NCBI GenBank assembly: GCA_965240465.1
Contig: OZ251219.1
Span: forward strand, 480,001-544,000
Length of the DNA: 64,000 bases
DNA from: a bacterium
Lineage (GTDB): Bacteria > SAR324 > JACQKK01
Reading direction: 5' to 3'
The notes under the pieces are model-generated. The model had not been told where the DNA came from, ran no database searches, and worked only from the letters and a program-made list of their open reading frames with translations. Positions 50,691 through 62,402 of this stretch are shown piece by piece; positions within the stretch are counted from its first letter, which is position 1; every line of letters starts with the position of its first letter. The translations under genes were made by a program, and so were the position numbers.

Positions 50691-51357
50691 ATCGTAACAT
50701 TTTTAGTGGTTGAATAAACTGCAGCTATGCTGAATCTAGGTCAGCAGATAATAATTTCATAAACTAAAGTGTTAGATGATGAAGGGGGATCGGTGGAAAG
50801 TGACCGCCTGAGGTTCCGTCATACCGCAAGGTGGATCATGTGTGTCCTTTGTTTGCCTTTTGGCATATGCTTGCCTTTATGTTTTGACACCCGCAAATGA
50901 CGAGGAAGATGAGGAGGTGGACTGCACCGTAATCTCTTTTCCCTCTCCGCGAGATGAGCGTAGCTTAGTTTTAGGCTTTGCGATTAAGGGATTAAAACGC
51001 GGATCAAGCAGTCGGCAGAAACAAAGGGCGGGAGTCTAGCAGCTCTGAAGGTCGTGAAACGCCGTTTCTGTTTTTTGATAAGTATTTTTCTGGTAAGTAT
51101 TTATCTTAGTATATTTTTCACGCTTAGAGATCAAGTCGGGACTGAGTTTTTCAGCTCAAAGAGCCAGTTCGCATTTCCAGAGCGAAAGCAAATGCTCGCG
51201 TAAGTCTTGGTCGGTAGTGGCGATTTTTGGTAGCCGCTAGCGAAGCGGAGGTTGTCGTTGCACCGTAGAGCTTCGCGGGAAGGGAGTGCCATCATCTTTG
51301 TGAGCAGAGAATAATGGAGCAAGCAATGACATTCATTCTTCACCGAGCCCCTTTCAT
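50691..51357 (+). ncRNA. Candidate large structured non-coding RNA (family unassigned)
   Basis: Strong promoter, no credible ORF, 25-bp helix pairing 50779-50803 with 51333-51357, and many nested helices with G-U pairs and GNRA loops on the + strand. Confidence 0.65.
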
Positions 51358-51462
51358 TTTAAGTTATCATTCCAAGTTATCATCTTAAGTTATCATCTTA
51401 AGTTATTATTAAGTTCACTGGAGAAGTTAATGCTAGCCTTTTTTGCCATTCATTTTTGTAAT

Positions 51463-52083
51463 TTATTCTTTGCAATTTTTCAAGTAAATGAGGATTGCCC
51501 CACTACCTCCCATATTAGGAGGAGCTGAGGAGAATCTTTTGATCAGAGTTTTAGCAGTGGTGGTTTGTAGCCATTGAGAGACGGTTTGAAAGAGTATTGG
51601 TCCTTGGCAGCCAGAATGCAGTCCCTTTCCAGTGATAACTAGGATTTTTTGATATTTTTTATGGGAGCTATCATAGAGGAATGATTGGAGTTTGCTAAGA
51701 GCTTCTATTTGAGTGCATCCGTGGAGGTCAAGGGTAGGGTGGGTTTGGTGGGATGGGGAGTGGGGAGAGTAGGGGGTGTAGGGAGTTTTTGGGATAGATT
51801 GAAAGATTTTCTTTTTTTTATTTAGGTTATCAGGTTGGATTTGTTCATCGGTATTGGGTGGGGGGGTTTGAGTTTTAATGGCTAATTTTAGTAGTAGTTG
51901 GTCGTCATCTTGTTCTATGAATGAGATAGGTTTGGCGAGTTTTAGGATATCATTGGCAGGGTTTTCATCAGGTTTGGTTGGTTGGGTGGTATTGGGAAGA
52001 GTTAGAGTAGTTATGGGGGTATTTTTGTTGGTAGAGGAAGGGAAGAGATGGTGGCGGGATTTTTTCATTTTACTTCCTCCCAA
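51463..52083 (-). CDS. Smr/MutS2 domain protein
   Basis: LDLHG, VITGKGLHS, GGSGA. Confidence 0.88.
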   Translation of the reverse strand: MGGSKMKKSRHHLFPSSTNKNTPITTLTLPNTTQPTKPDENPANDILKLAKPISFIEQDDDQLLLKLAIKTQTPPPNTDEQIQPDNLNKKKKIFQSIPKTPYTPYSPHSPSHQTHPTLDLHGCTQIEALSKLQSFLYDSSHKKYQKILVITGKGLHSGCQGPILFQTVSQWLQTTTAKTLIKRFSSAPPNMGGSGAILIYLKNCKE

Positions 52084-52982
52084 TCGGCGGCGATATCCAC
52101 GGACGGAGCGGATTGAGTGAGTGCTCCTACTGACACGGCATTTACTCCACTGGCGGCGATATCGGGGAGGTTATGGAGTCGGATATTACCAGAGGCTTCG
52201 GTGAAGATTTTTTTATTGATGATTTGGAGGGCTATTTTGAGATTATTGATGGTCATATTATCTAGTAGGAGGGCATCGGCACCTGATTTCAGGGCTATTT
52301 TGAGGTTTTGCAGGGTATCCACTTCTACTTGGATAAGCAATCCGTGTGGGATACGCTGTTTTAGTTTAGGGATTGCTTTTGCGAGGGGGATGCCTTGGTT
52401 TTCCAGTATTGCGAGGTGGTTATCTTTGACGAGGATGCCATCTGCGAGGGAGAAGCGGTTGTTATGTCCGCCGCCGGTGGAGACTGCATATTTTGCGAGG
52501 GTTCTGAGTCCTGGGATGGTTTTGCGGGTATCGCAGACTCGGAGGTGGGGATTTATTTGGTGGGCGATTTGGACGTATTTTTGGGTAAGGGTAGCGATTC
52601 CGCTCAAGTGTTGCAGGAAGTTAAGAGCTACTCGTTCGGCTGCGAGCAGTGCTAGTGCTGGTCCTGTGATTATGGCGAGGGTATCATTGGTTGCGAATGT
52701 TTGTCCATCGGAGTGATGTGTTTGCCATTGGATATTGGGATCGCACTGGAGGAAGGTTTCTCTGGCTAGTTCCAGCCCGCAGGCGATCCCAGCTTCGCGA
52801 GAGCGTAGTGCTAAGCGAGCTGGTTGGTTTTGCTCTAAGAGGGCTTGACTAGTCATGTCTCCCCAGCCCAGGTCTTCTTTCAGAGCGACATTCACCGAGC
52901 TTATCACCTGTTGAGCCTGCAATTTATTCATGTTCCGTTTATAAAAAGCAGCTTTATTATCGTGCCTAACAGAGCTAATCAC
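52065..52982 (-). CDS. nadC: Nicotinate-nucleotide pyrophosphorylase (carboxylating)
   Basis: ERVALNFLQ.LSGIAT, DTRKT.PG, KDNH, EVDT, LLDNM, EASG. Confidence 0.95.
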   Translation of the reverse strand: MISSVRHDNKAAFYKRNMNKLQAQQVISSVNVALKEDLGWGDMTSQALLEQNQPARLALRSREAGIACGLELARETFLQCDPNIQWQTHHSDGQTFATNDTLAIITGPALALLAAERVALNFLQHLSGIATLTQKYVQIAHQINPHLRVCDTRKTIPGLRTLAKYAVSTGGGHNNRFSLADGILVKDNHLAILENQGIPLAKAIPKLKQRIPHGLLIQVEVDTLQNLKIALKSGADALLLDNMTINNLKIALQIINKKIFTEASGNIRLHNLPDIAASGVNAVSVGALTQSAPSVDIAADWEEVK

Positions 52983-53976
52983 GGGGTATTGCGAGCATTC
53001 TCTTTAGGGCTTGGCGAGCTCCGTGCAGGACATCGGGAGGTACATTCACTTCAAACACGTGTTCGGTGAGGGCTCTTTTTACATCTTTGAGGCCGACCAT
53101 TTTCATGTAGGGGCAGTGCAGTCGGCACCCGAGGCAGCCATCGGCGAGGATGAATTCTTTATCGGGATAGGCTTTTTTCAGTTGATGTAGCATGCCATTT
53201 TCGGTAGCGATCAAGAAGGTTTTCGCATGAGGATACCAACCTACTCGTTCAATCATAGCGGTGGTAGAGCAGACTTCATCAGCCATTTCAATAACATCTT
53301 GGCGGCATTCAGGGTGAGCGATTACTATTGCCTGTGGTCTTTCATCTTTTACCTTAGTAACGCTTGACCCCCTAAGTACATCGTGAGTAGGACAGCAGCC
53401 ATCATAGATGGCCATATCCACATCTGGCAGTTGAGCACTCACCCAATTGCCCAGGTTGCGATCTGGAGTAAACAGCACCTTTTTGCTTTTCAGGCTACGC
53501 ACTACGGATACCGCATTGGCAGAAGTGCAACAAATATCGCTGAGAGCCTTCACTTCTGCACTGGAATTGATGTAGGTCACCACCACATGTTGCGGGTACC
53601 TATCTTTCCAGTCTTGCAGGCTTTCCGGCGAAATGCTATCCGCCAACGAACAACCCGCTGCAACATGAGGTAAGAGTACGGTCTTTTCCTCATTGAGTAC
53701 CTTGGCTGATTCTGCCATAAAGTGTACCCCGCAAAACACTACATAATGAGCATTCGTTTGCTGTGCCTGCAGAGCCAGCCCTAGCGAATCGCCGACAAAA
53801 TCAGCTATATCTTGCACCGCGGTAGCCTGATAATTATGAGCCAAGATCAACGCTTGTTGCTCTTTAGCCAAAGTCCGAATTTCGGTCTGCAATAAAGCCG
53901 TCTCTTCCACAGACAGCCTGCCGTTCACATATTGAGCCGCAGTAGGAAAGGAAACATTTGCAGTGACTTCTGTCAT
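52975..53976 (-). CDS. nadA: Quinolinate synthase
   Basis: LAHNYQ, GDSLGL, CGVHFMAE, AGCSLAD, CTSANA, HPEC, CPYMK. Confidence 0.95.
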   Translation of the reverse strand: MTEVTANVSFPTAAQYVNGRLSVEETALLQTEIRTLAKEQQALILAHNYQATAVQDIADFVGDSLGLALQAQQTNAHYVVFCGVHFMAESAKVLNEEKTVLLPHVAAGCSLADSISPESLQDWKDRYPQHVVVTYINSSAEVKALSDICCTSANAVSVVRSLKSKKVLFTPDRNLGNWVSAQLPDVDMAIYDGCCPTHDVLRGSSVTKVKDERPQAIVIAHPECRQDVIEMADEVCSTTAMIERVGWYPHAKTFLIATENGMLHQLKKAYPDKEFILADGCLGCRLHCPYMKMVGLKDVKRALTEHVFEVNVPPDVLHGARQALKRMLAIPRD

Positions 53977-54209
53977 TTGCGATATTCCCGTCTGGCGACA
54001 AAAGCCTGCCCATCGGCAGGAATGCTACCCGTCCCCGAAGGAAATACCCGCCAAAACTCCTTTTTTACCAAACTGGTCAGTACCGCACTCTTGGAGAAAC
54101 AATGATAAGTCGCCAAAGCATCCAACATCTGCTGTTCTAGATCACTAGCAGAAAAAGAACGTACCTTCTTTCTGAGGGATAAAGATTTTAAGTTTTCCTT
54201 AGTCTTCAT
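53973..54209 (-). CDS. Small ribbon-helix-helix-like protein coupled to nadA
   Basis: Strand-helix-helix pattern VRSFSAS-DLEQQMLDALA-SKSAVLTSLVK; stop overlaps the nadA ATG. Confidence 0.55.
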   Translation of the reverse strand: MKTKENLKSLSLRKKVRSFSASDLEQQMLDALATYHCFSKSAVLTSLVKKEFWRVFPSGTGSIPADGQAFVARREYRK

Positions 54210-54459
54210 AAATGGGTTCCTCAAATATTCCCTAAGATAGATTACAGCCTTAAGCTTAATTTATCTAAAACTTACCTAAAGAACATTCTAACCTTATATA
54301 AAGCTTATGTAAACATGAATTATCAATAGCCAAAATACCGAGTACATCGGCACAGGAGGAACTTTATTGCCGACCTTGATTTTAACTAATGATTTTATCT
54401 CAGCGATGAAAAATGTTACCATGTTCGGTGAGGGCTGATATTATTAGTACTGTTCTGCG

Positions 54460-56484
54460 ATGACCTTTCTTCCTACTTCTCTTAATGTTTCTGCATCTCA
54501 GTTACGCAAGGCGGCGAATGCCTTGCGTTTTTTGGCTATGGATGCGGTACAAAAGGCTAATTCGGGTCATCCTGGGATGCCGATGGGCATGGCAGATATT
54601 GCCACCGTCTTATGGGGTGGATTTTTGCGACACAATCCTACTAATCCAGCTTGGTTTGATCGGGATCGTTTTGTCCTATCCAATGGGCATGGTTGTATGC
54701 TGCTTTATGGGCTTTTGCATTTGAGTGGTTATGATCTACCATTGGAGGCCCTACAGCAATTTCGTCAATGGGGCAGTCAAACGCCCGGTCACCCTGAATA
54801 CGGGCATACTCCGGGGGTGGAAGTGACTACCGGTCCCCTAGGGCAAGGGATTGCCAATGCAGTGGGTTTTGCGTTGGCAGAGCGATGGCTAGCACAACGT
54901 TTTAATCGTGATGCTCATGAGATAATAAACCACCGTACCTATGTGTTTTTGGGGGATGGCTGCCTGATGGAAGGTCTTAGTCATGAGGCTTGCAGTCTGG
55001 CAGGTCACCTAAAACTAGGACGTCTAATCGCCCTTTATGATGATAATCACATCAGCATTGATGGTCCCACTGAGCTATCCTTTAGCGAGAACGTTCCTCA
55101 GCGATTTAGCAGCTATGGCTGGAAAACCCAACAATTAGATGGTCATGACCCAGTTGCCATAAAAGCTGCTCTGGAGAATGCTCAGCGAGATCAATCTGCT
55201 CCTCATTTGCTGTGCTGCAAAACCACCATCGGCTGGGGAGCACCGAGCAAAGCTGGGCAAGCTTCCACCCATGGTTCACCGCTGGGTGATGAAGAAATTG
55301 CGGCTACCCGCCAAAAGCTGAATTGGCATCACCCCCCATTTGAACTGCCCCCTGAGGTAAAGGAATTCTGGCAGGTTTCCCTGAAAAAAGGTCAACAACT
55401 AGAAGCTGACTGGAACCAACAATTGAGTGCTTATCAACAACAATTTCCCTCAGAAGCAACCGAACTCAAACGTATTATTAAAGGGAAACCCTCTCAACAA
55501 TGGCAACAACCCCTAGAAAACCTACTGCTGCAATGGAAAACTCAACCCCCAGCAGAAAATGCCACCCGAGCTCATTCAGGAGCAGTACTAAACACCATCG
55601 TCCCTTGCCATACCGACCTACTAGGAGGTTCTGCCGACCTCACTCCCTCCAATAACACCCGCACCAACCACCACACCGACATCTCCCCACTACAATGGCA
55701 GGGAAATTATATCCGCTATGGCGTAAGAGAACACGCCATGGGTGCCATAATGAACGGATTGGCTCGCCATGGAGGTTGTCTGCCCTATGGGGCTACCTTC
55801 CTTACCTTCTCCGACTACATGCGTCCCGCCATTAGAATGGCAGCTATAATGAAAATCCAAGTAATCTATGTCTTCACTCATGACAGCATCGGACTAGGAG
55901 AAGACGGACCCACCCACCAACCTATAGAACATCTAGCCAGCTTGAGAGCTATCCCCAACCTTAGAGTACTCAGACCCGCAGATGCCCGCGAAACCGCCCA
56001 ATGTTGGCAATTAGCCCTCCAATACCAAGGACCCTCACTACTGGCTCTCAGCAGACAAAAAATCCCTCACCTGCCCGGCTCCCAACAATATCTCTGTCAT
56101 CAGGGTGCTTATATCATCTCCTCTAGCAAACAAACACCCAAAGCAATACTGATGGCTAGTGGAACAGAGGTGCAAATCGCCATCCAAGCCCAAACCCTCC
56201 TGGAACAACAAAACATCCCTACCAGAGTGATCAGCATGCCCTGCTGGGAACTCCTTACCACTCAGCATCATTCTTTGCTATCACTTCCCGAGCCAGTCGT
56301 TAAACTAGCCATAGAAGCCGCCAGCCCATTTGGTTGGCATCAGTGGCTCGGAGAACAGGGCATCGCCCTGGGGATGCAATCCTTTGGAGCTTCCGCCCCA
56401 GCCGATAAACTATATACCCAGTTTAATCTCACCCCCCAGGCAATCGTAAAAGAAGTCCAAACTCGCTGCAAACTAAACACTTAA
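54460..56484 (+). CDS. tkt: Transketolase
   Basis: SGHPGMPMG, RDRFVLSNGH, TTGPLGQG, GDGCLMEG, YGVREH, THDSIGLGEDGPTHQP. Confidence 0.97.
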   Translation: MTFLPTSLNVSASQLRKAANALRFLAMDAVQKANSGHPGMPMGMADIATVLWGGFLRHNPTNPAWFDRDRFVLSNGHGCMLLYGLLHLSGYDLPLEALQQFRQWGSQTPGHPEYGHTPGVEVTTGPLGQGIANAVGFALAERWLAQRFNRDAHEIINHRTYVFLGDGCLMEGLSHEACSLAGHLKLGRLIALYDDNHISIDGPTELSFSENVPQRFSSYGWKTQQLDGHDPVAIKAALENAQRDQSAPHLLCCKTTIGWGAPSKAGQASTHGSPLGDEEIAATRQKLNWHHPPFELPPEVKEFWQVSLKKGQQLEADWNQQLSAYQQQFPSEATELKRIIKGKPSQQWQQPLENLLLQWKTQPPAENATRAHSGAVLNTIVPCHTDLLGGSADLTPSNNTRTNHHTDISPLQWQGNYIRYGVREHAMGAIMNGLARHGGCLPYGATFLTFSDYMRPAIRMAAIMKIQVIYVFTHDSIGLGEDGPTHQPIEHLASLRAIPNLRVLRPADARETAQCWQLALQYQGPSLLALSRQKIPHLPGSQQYLCHQGAYIISSSKQTPKAILMASGTEVQIAIQAQTLLEQQNIPTRVISMPCWELLTTQHHSLLSLPEPVVKLAIEAASPFGWHQWLGEQGIALGMQSFGASAPADKLYTQFNLTPQAIVKEVQTRCKLNT

Positions 56485-57157
56485 TGGCTAAATCTATCAT
56501 GACTGTTATCATCGCCCCCTCCATTCTATCTGCCGATTTTGGTCGCCTCAATGAAGAGCTGGCTGCCCTGCAATCCTTTGGAGCTTCCGCCCCAGCCGAT
56601 AAACTATATACCCAGTTTAATCTCACCCCCCAGGCAATCGTAAAAGAAGTCCAAACTCGCTGCAAACTAAACACTTAATGGCTAAATCTATCATGACTGT
56701 TATCATCGCCCCCTCCATTCTATCTGCCGATTTTGGTCGCCTCAATGAAGAGCTGGCTGCCCTGCAATCCTTTGGAGCTTCCGCCCCAGCCGATAAACTA
56801 TATACCCAGTTTAATCTCACCCCCCAGGCAATCGTAAAAGAAGTCCAAACTCGCTGCAAACTAAACACTTAATGGCTAAATCTATCATGACTGTTATCAT
56901 CGCCCCCTCCATTCTATCTGCCGATTTTGGTCGCCTCAATGAAGAGCTGGCTGCCCTGCAATCCTTTGGAGCTTCCGCCCCAGCCGATAAACTATATACC
57001 CAGTTTAATCTCACCCCCCAGGCAATCGTAAAAGAAGTCCAAACTCGCTGCAAACTAAACACTTAATGGCTAAATCTATCATGACTGTTATCATCGCCCC
57101 CTCCATTCTATCTGCCGATTTTGGTCGCCTCAATGAAGAGCTGGCTGCCCTGCAATC
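56375..57157. repeat. Exact 194-bp tandem amplification (4 units) of the tkt-3'/rpe-5' junction
   Basis: Units start at 56375, 56569, 56763 and 56957, and TGCAATC recurs at 57151. Produces three identical 64-aa chimeric ORFs. Confidence 0.95.
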
Positions 57158-57758
57158 GGCTGGGGCAGATTGGCTACACTTGGATGTCATGGACGGGCAT
57201 TTCGTCCCCAACCTAACCTTCGGACCTCCGCTGGTGCAAAAACTAAAAAAACCACCCCAGTCCTTCTTTGACGTCCACTTGATGGTCGCTGAACCCCAAC
57301 TCTGGGTTGAAGCTTTCGCCCAAGCAGGAGCAGACCGCCTTACCATTCATGCCGAGGCTTCCGTTCATCTAGAAAAACACCTGTCTTTGATCAATGAATA
57401 TGGCATCTCCGCAGGCATTGCCCTCAACCCAGCCACTCCCATAGAAGTACTTAAGCACATCCTGCCAACAGTAGATCTGATTCTTTTAATGACCGTTAAC
57501 CCAGGCTTTGCAGGACAAAAATATCTGCCCTCAGTAACTCCAAAAATCAAGTCCTGTGCTGATTGGCTAACCCAAATAAACCAAAAAAAATATCTTCAGG
57601 TGGATGGAGGAATCACCCCTGAAACCATCATCGCAGCCGCCCAAGCGGGTGCCAATTCCTTTGTAGCAGGAAGTGCCATCTTGGGAAACCAGAATTATCA
57701 GGAACAAATATCGGCTCTGAGAACACAAGCTCAAAAGGCAACCCTGCCTTCTTCTTAA
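57066..57758 (+). CDS. rpe: Ribulose-phosphate 3-epimerase
   Basis: IAPSILSADF, HLDVMDGHFVPNLTFG, DVHLM, MTVNPGF, VDGGI. Confidence 0.97.
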   Translation: MAKSIMTVIIAPSILSADFGRLNEELAALQSAGADWLHLDVMDGHFVPNLTFGPPLVQKLKKPPQSFFDVHLMVAEPQLWVEAFAQAGADRLTIHAEASVHLEKHLSLINEYGISAGIALNPATPIEVLKHILPTVDLILLMTVNPGFAGQKYLPSVTPKIKSCADWLTQINQKKYLQVDGGITPETIIAAAQAGANSFVAGSAILGNQNYQEQISALRTQAQKATLPSS

Positions 57759-57773
57759 GAATTATCCTATGAG

Positions 57774-58619
57774 TTACATCCGAAATTTTTCTCCCAGATA
57801 GATGTCTCTCACGTTGTCATTTTTCATCAATTCGCTGGGATTACCCTCAGCTAGCAGGCAACCATTATTGATGATGTAGGCTCTATCAATGATGCTCAGG
57901 GTCTCCCGTACATTATGGTCGGTAATCAGAACGCCGATCCCTTTGGCACGAATGTTTTCAATAATTTCTTGGGTACCCATAACCGCAATCGGGTCTACCC
58001 CAGCAAATGGTTCATCCAGCAAGACATACTTGGGTTCAAGCACCAGCAACCGAGCTACCTCCACCCGCCGACTTTCTCCGCCTGATAGCTGATAACCCAA
58101 CGATTCCCTAATGGCTTCCAGATTCATGCTCTGGATGACTTCCTCCATCCGTTCTTCTTGCACCGACTTGGAAAGATCAGTATATTCCAGCACGGCACGC
58201 ATGTTTTCTTCCACGGTCATGTTCCGAAATACAGAACACTCTTGAGGCAGATATCCCAATCCCATACGAGCCCGCTTATGAATGGGTAATTGGGTGATGT
58301 CCTTTCCATCAAGTTGAACATTTCCTTCATCACAACTGATCAGCCCAGCGATCATGAAGAAAGTGGTAGTTTTTCCAGCTCCATTGGGTCCCAGCAGTCC
58401 CACTATTTGGCCCTGTTTAACCATCACCGAGATGCCGTTCACCACCTTGTTCCGCCGATAGCTTTTCACCAGCCCTTCGGCACGCAGTCCAGCATCCGTT
58501 TTAGCGGGATGACCTTTGGGAGTGGCTGATTTTTTTTTGGTGATACTCACTAGAATTCTTTTAGAACATAAGGGGACTTTGTTTATAAGATACCAGTACC
58601 TTATGCGATTTAAGTCCAC
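57774..58619 (-). CDS. lptB: LPS export ABC transporter ATP-binding protein (true start probably GTG near 58550)
   Basis: GPNGAGKTT, GYLPQE, LSGGE.RRVE, DEPFAGVDP, ITDHNVRETL, YLGEKF. Confidence 0.95.
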   Translation of the reverse strand: MDLNRIRYWYLINKVPLCSKRILVSITKKKSATPKGHPAKTDAGLRAEGLVKSYRRNKVVNGISVMVKQGQIVGLLGPNGAGKTTTFFMIAGLISCDEGNVQLDGKDITQLPIHKRARMGLGYLPQECSVFRNMTVEENMRAVLEYTDLSKSVQEERMEEVIQSMNLEAIRESLGYQLSGGESRRVEVARLLVLEPKYVLLDEPFAGVDPIAVMGTQEIIENIRAKGIGVLITDHNVRETLSIIDRAYIINNGCLLAEGNPSELMKNDNVRDIYLGEKFRM

Positions 58620-58632
58620 AAAGAATGTTAGT

Positions 58633-59484
58633 TTATGAAGGTTTTCTGGCAGCTTGGGCTAAATAATCCATATATTGCAAGGCTTCATGGGGGGTGAGCA
58701 ATTCTCTGGCAGCCTCGCTGAAGCTTTGCAGATTGGGATAGAGTATTCCTATCAGTGGCGATAGTTTAACTATCACTCTCAGGGGGAGTTTAGCAGGTAC
58801 TAAGTTTCGTAGTATTTCGCTGGAAAGAAGATACTGCGATGAAGCAGCTCCCAGATGGATGCGAGCTGGGGTATCTGGCTGGTGGACACTGATTATGCCT
58901 TGTTTGCTAGTGTTGACCTCCAAGTGTTCTCCTTGCATAAGGATGTTACCCCCTGAGTACGTACGCACATTGCCCTGCAAGATGAAAACATTAAACTGTG
59001 GATCTGTAGTCCAAAGTTGGTCGGCATGCAAGGTTTTCCCTGGATGGTTGAGGACTACTCCGCCCTCAGCCAGAAGGCTTGCCAGATTGCCATTCTGTAG
59101 CTTAATTGTCAGCCATTGGGATTGTAGGTCAATCAGGGGGGTTTGGCGAGTTAGCTGAGCTTGTTCAAATCGCAGCCGTAATCCCTTTTCTTTGTCTGTC
59201 TCTGGAGGACGAAATTCCAAACTGTCTGCTTTAATGCTTATTTGAGATTCTCTCAGCCAGCCTTGAACTTCACCCTGAAACAACACCCCTATCTCTCCCC
59301 AGCCCAAGCTACTGGACTTGAGAGCCTTGATGCACACCTTACTCCGAGGCGGACAATCCCACCTCCCTGCTACCAAAGCCCCACCCCACAGTAGCACCAT
59401 CACCAACGCTACCCCACCGCCAATCTTCTTAACCTTATTCAAACCAGGGAACCTGCTATTTCTTACTTCCCCTACCCCCCTCAC
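58633..59484 (-). CDS. LptA/OstA-like beta-jellyroll periplasmic protein
   Basis: Signal/TM, IKADSL, AEGGVVL, LQGNV repeats; directly upstream of lptB. Confidence 0.55.
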   Translation of the reverse strand: MRGVGEVRNSRFPGLNKVKKIGGGVALVMVLLWGGALVAGRWDCPPRSKVCIKALKSSSLGWGEIGVLFQGEVQGWLRESQISIKADSLEFRPPETDKEKGLRLRFEQAQLTRQTPLIDLQSQWLTIKLQNGNLASLLAEGGVVLNHPGKTLHADQLWTTDPQFNVFILQGNVRTYSGGNILMQGEHLEVNTSKQGIISVHQPDTPARIHLGAASSQYLLSSEILRNLVPAKLPLRVIVKLSPLIGILYPNLQSFSEAARELLTPHEALQYMDYLAQAARKPS

Positions 59485-59496
59485 AGATTAACCGAG

Positions 59497-61470
<1,974 letters not shown>

Positions 61471-61699
61471 TTATCACCGCCGCTTGTCAATTCTTATAAA
61501 ACGAAGCTACTGCAAAGAATCTTTCCATCAAACCCTCTCCATAATTTTTATTAGGGGATACATGGTAATATTTGACAATCTAAGTAAAATGTTCTCCAAT
61601 GGCAGTTCATTATTACGCTTGGTTATTTAGTGTACTTGGTTATTTAGTGTACTCGGTTGTTTTTGTGATTAGTGTTTTCCATTTTTATGGGTAGTTGAA

Positions 61700-62050
61700 A
61701 TGTCAATGGTTGAAAGTCAGACTGATAAGGATTCTTATGCGGTGGTAGAGACTGGTGGTCGCCAATATGTGGTACGTCCTCAGGCGGTGATTGAAGTTAA
61801 TCGCTTAGATCTGCAGGTGGGAGAACCTTTTGAGACCGAGAAAGTGTTGCTCACCCACGGAGTAGGCGGGGGCCCTAAGGTGGGAGATCCTTATGTTTCG
61901 GGAGCCAAAGTAAGGGGGGTGATATTGGAGCATGTGAGGGGGAATAAGATCTTGGTGTTCAAAAAGAAGCGTCGTAAGGGATATGCTCGTACTCGGGGTC
62001 ATCGGCAGGAGTTGACAAGGGTTAAGATTGAGTCTCTTGAGGGAGCTTGA
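61700..62050 (+). CDS. rplU: 50S ribosomal protein L21
   Basis: YAVVETGGRQY, FKKKRRKGY...GHRQ. Confidence 0.96.
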   Translation: MSMVESQTDKDSYAVVETGGRQYVVRPQAVIEVNRLDLQVGEPFETEKVLLTHGVGGGPKVGDPYVSGAKVRGVILEHVRGNKILVFKKKRRKGYARTRGHRQELTRVKIESLEGA

Positions 62051-62117
62051 TAGGCGTTTTTATTAAAATATACATTTTTATTGAATGTAGGCATTTTTAT
62101 TAAGGTAGGAGTCCATA

Positions 62118-62402
62118 ATGGCACATAAGAAGGCGGGCGGTAGTTCTCGGAATGGCAGGGATTCTGCGGGCAAGCATTTAGGGGTCAAACGTTTTGAGGG
62201 GCAGCATGTTTTAGCAGGGAATATTTTGGTTCGGCAACGCGGGAGTACCTATCATGCTGCTAAGCATGTGGGCGTAGGCAGGGACTACACCTTGTTTGCA
62301 CTTAAAAGTGGGGTGGTGTTTTTTGAGCACAAGCGGGGTAATCGCCGTTATATTGGGATCAACCCCTCCCCTCTCCCCCCTCTCCCTTCTGCAGAGGCGT
62401 AG
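62118..62402 (+). CDS. rpmA: 50S ribosomal protein L27
   Basis: [34 protein letters not shown]. Confidence 0.97.
   Translation: MAHKKAGGSSRNGRDSAGKHLGVKRFEGQHVLAGNILVRQRGSTYHAAKHVGVGRDYTLFALKSGVVFFEHKRGNRRYIGINPSPLPPLPSAEA

Noticed and set aside
50842-51039. tmRNA call from a tag-like reading frame (GCA AAT GAC GAG = ANDE...) with GCTTAG in a nearby hairpin
   Set aside because: No tRNA-like domain (no TTCGA T-loop, no acceptor stem ending in CCA), no UAAA-type resume signal, and the Ala-stop is out of frame. The 65-aa ORF also lacks an RBS.
50779-51357. RNase P RNA, group II intron or MITE as the identity of the structured region
   Set aside because: GAGGAAAGTCC and the CR-V motif are absent, there is no domain V signature, and no target-site duplication is evident. 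The G-U bias and internal helices suit an RNA better than DNA inverted repeats, though a MITE is not fully excluded.
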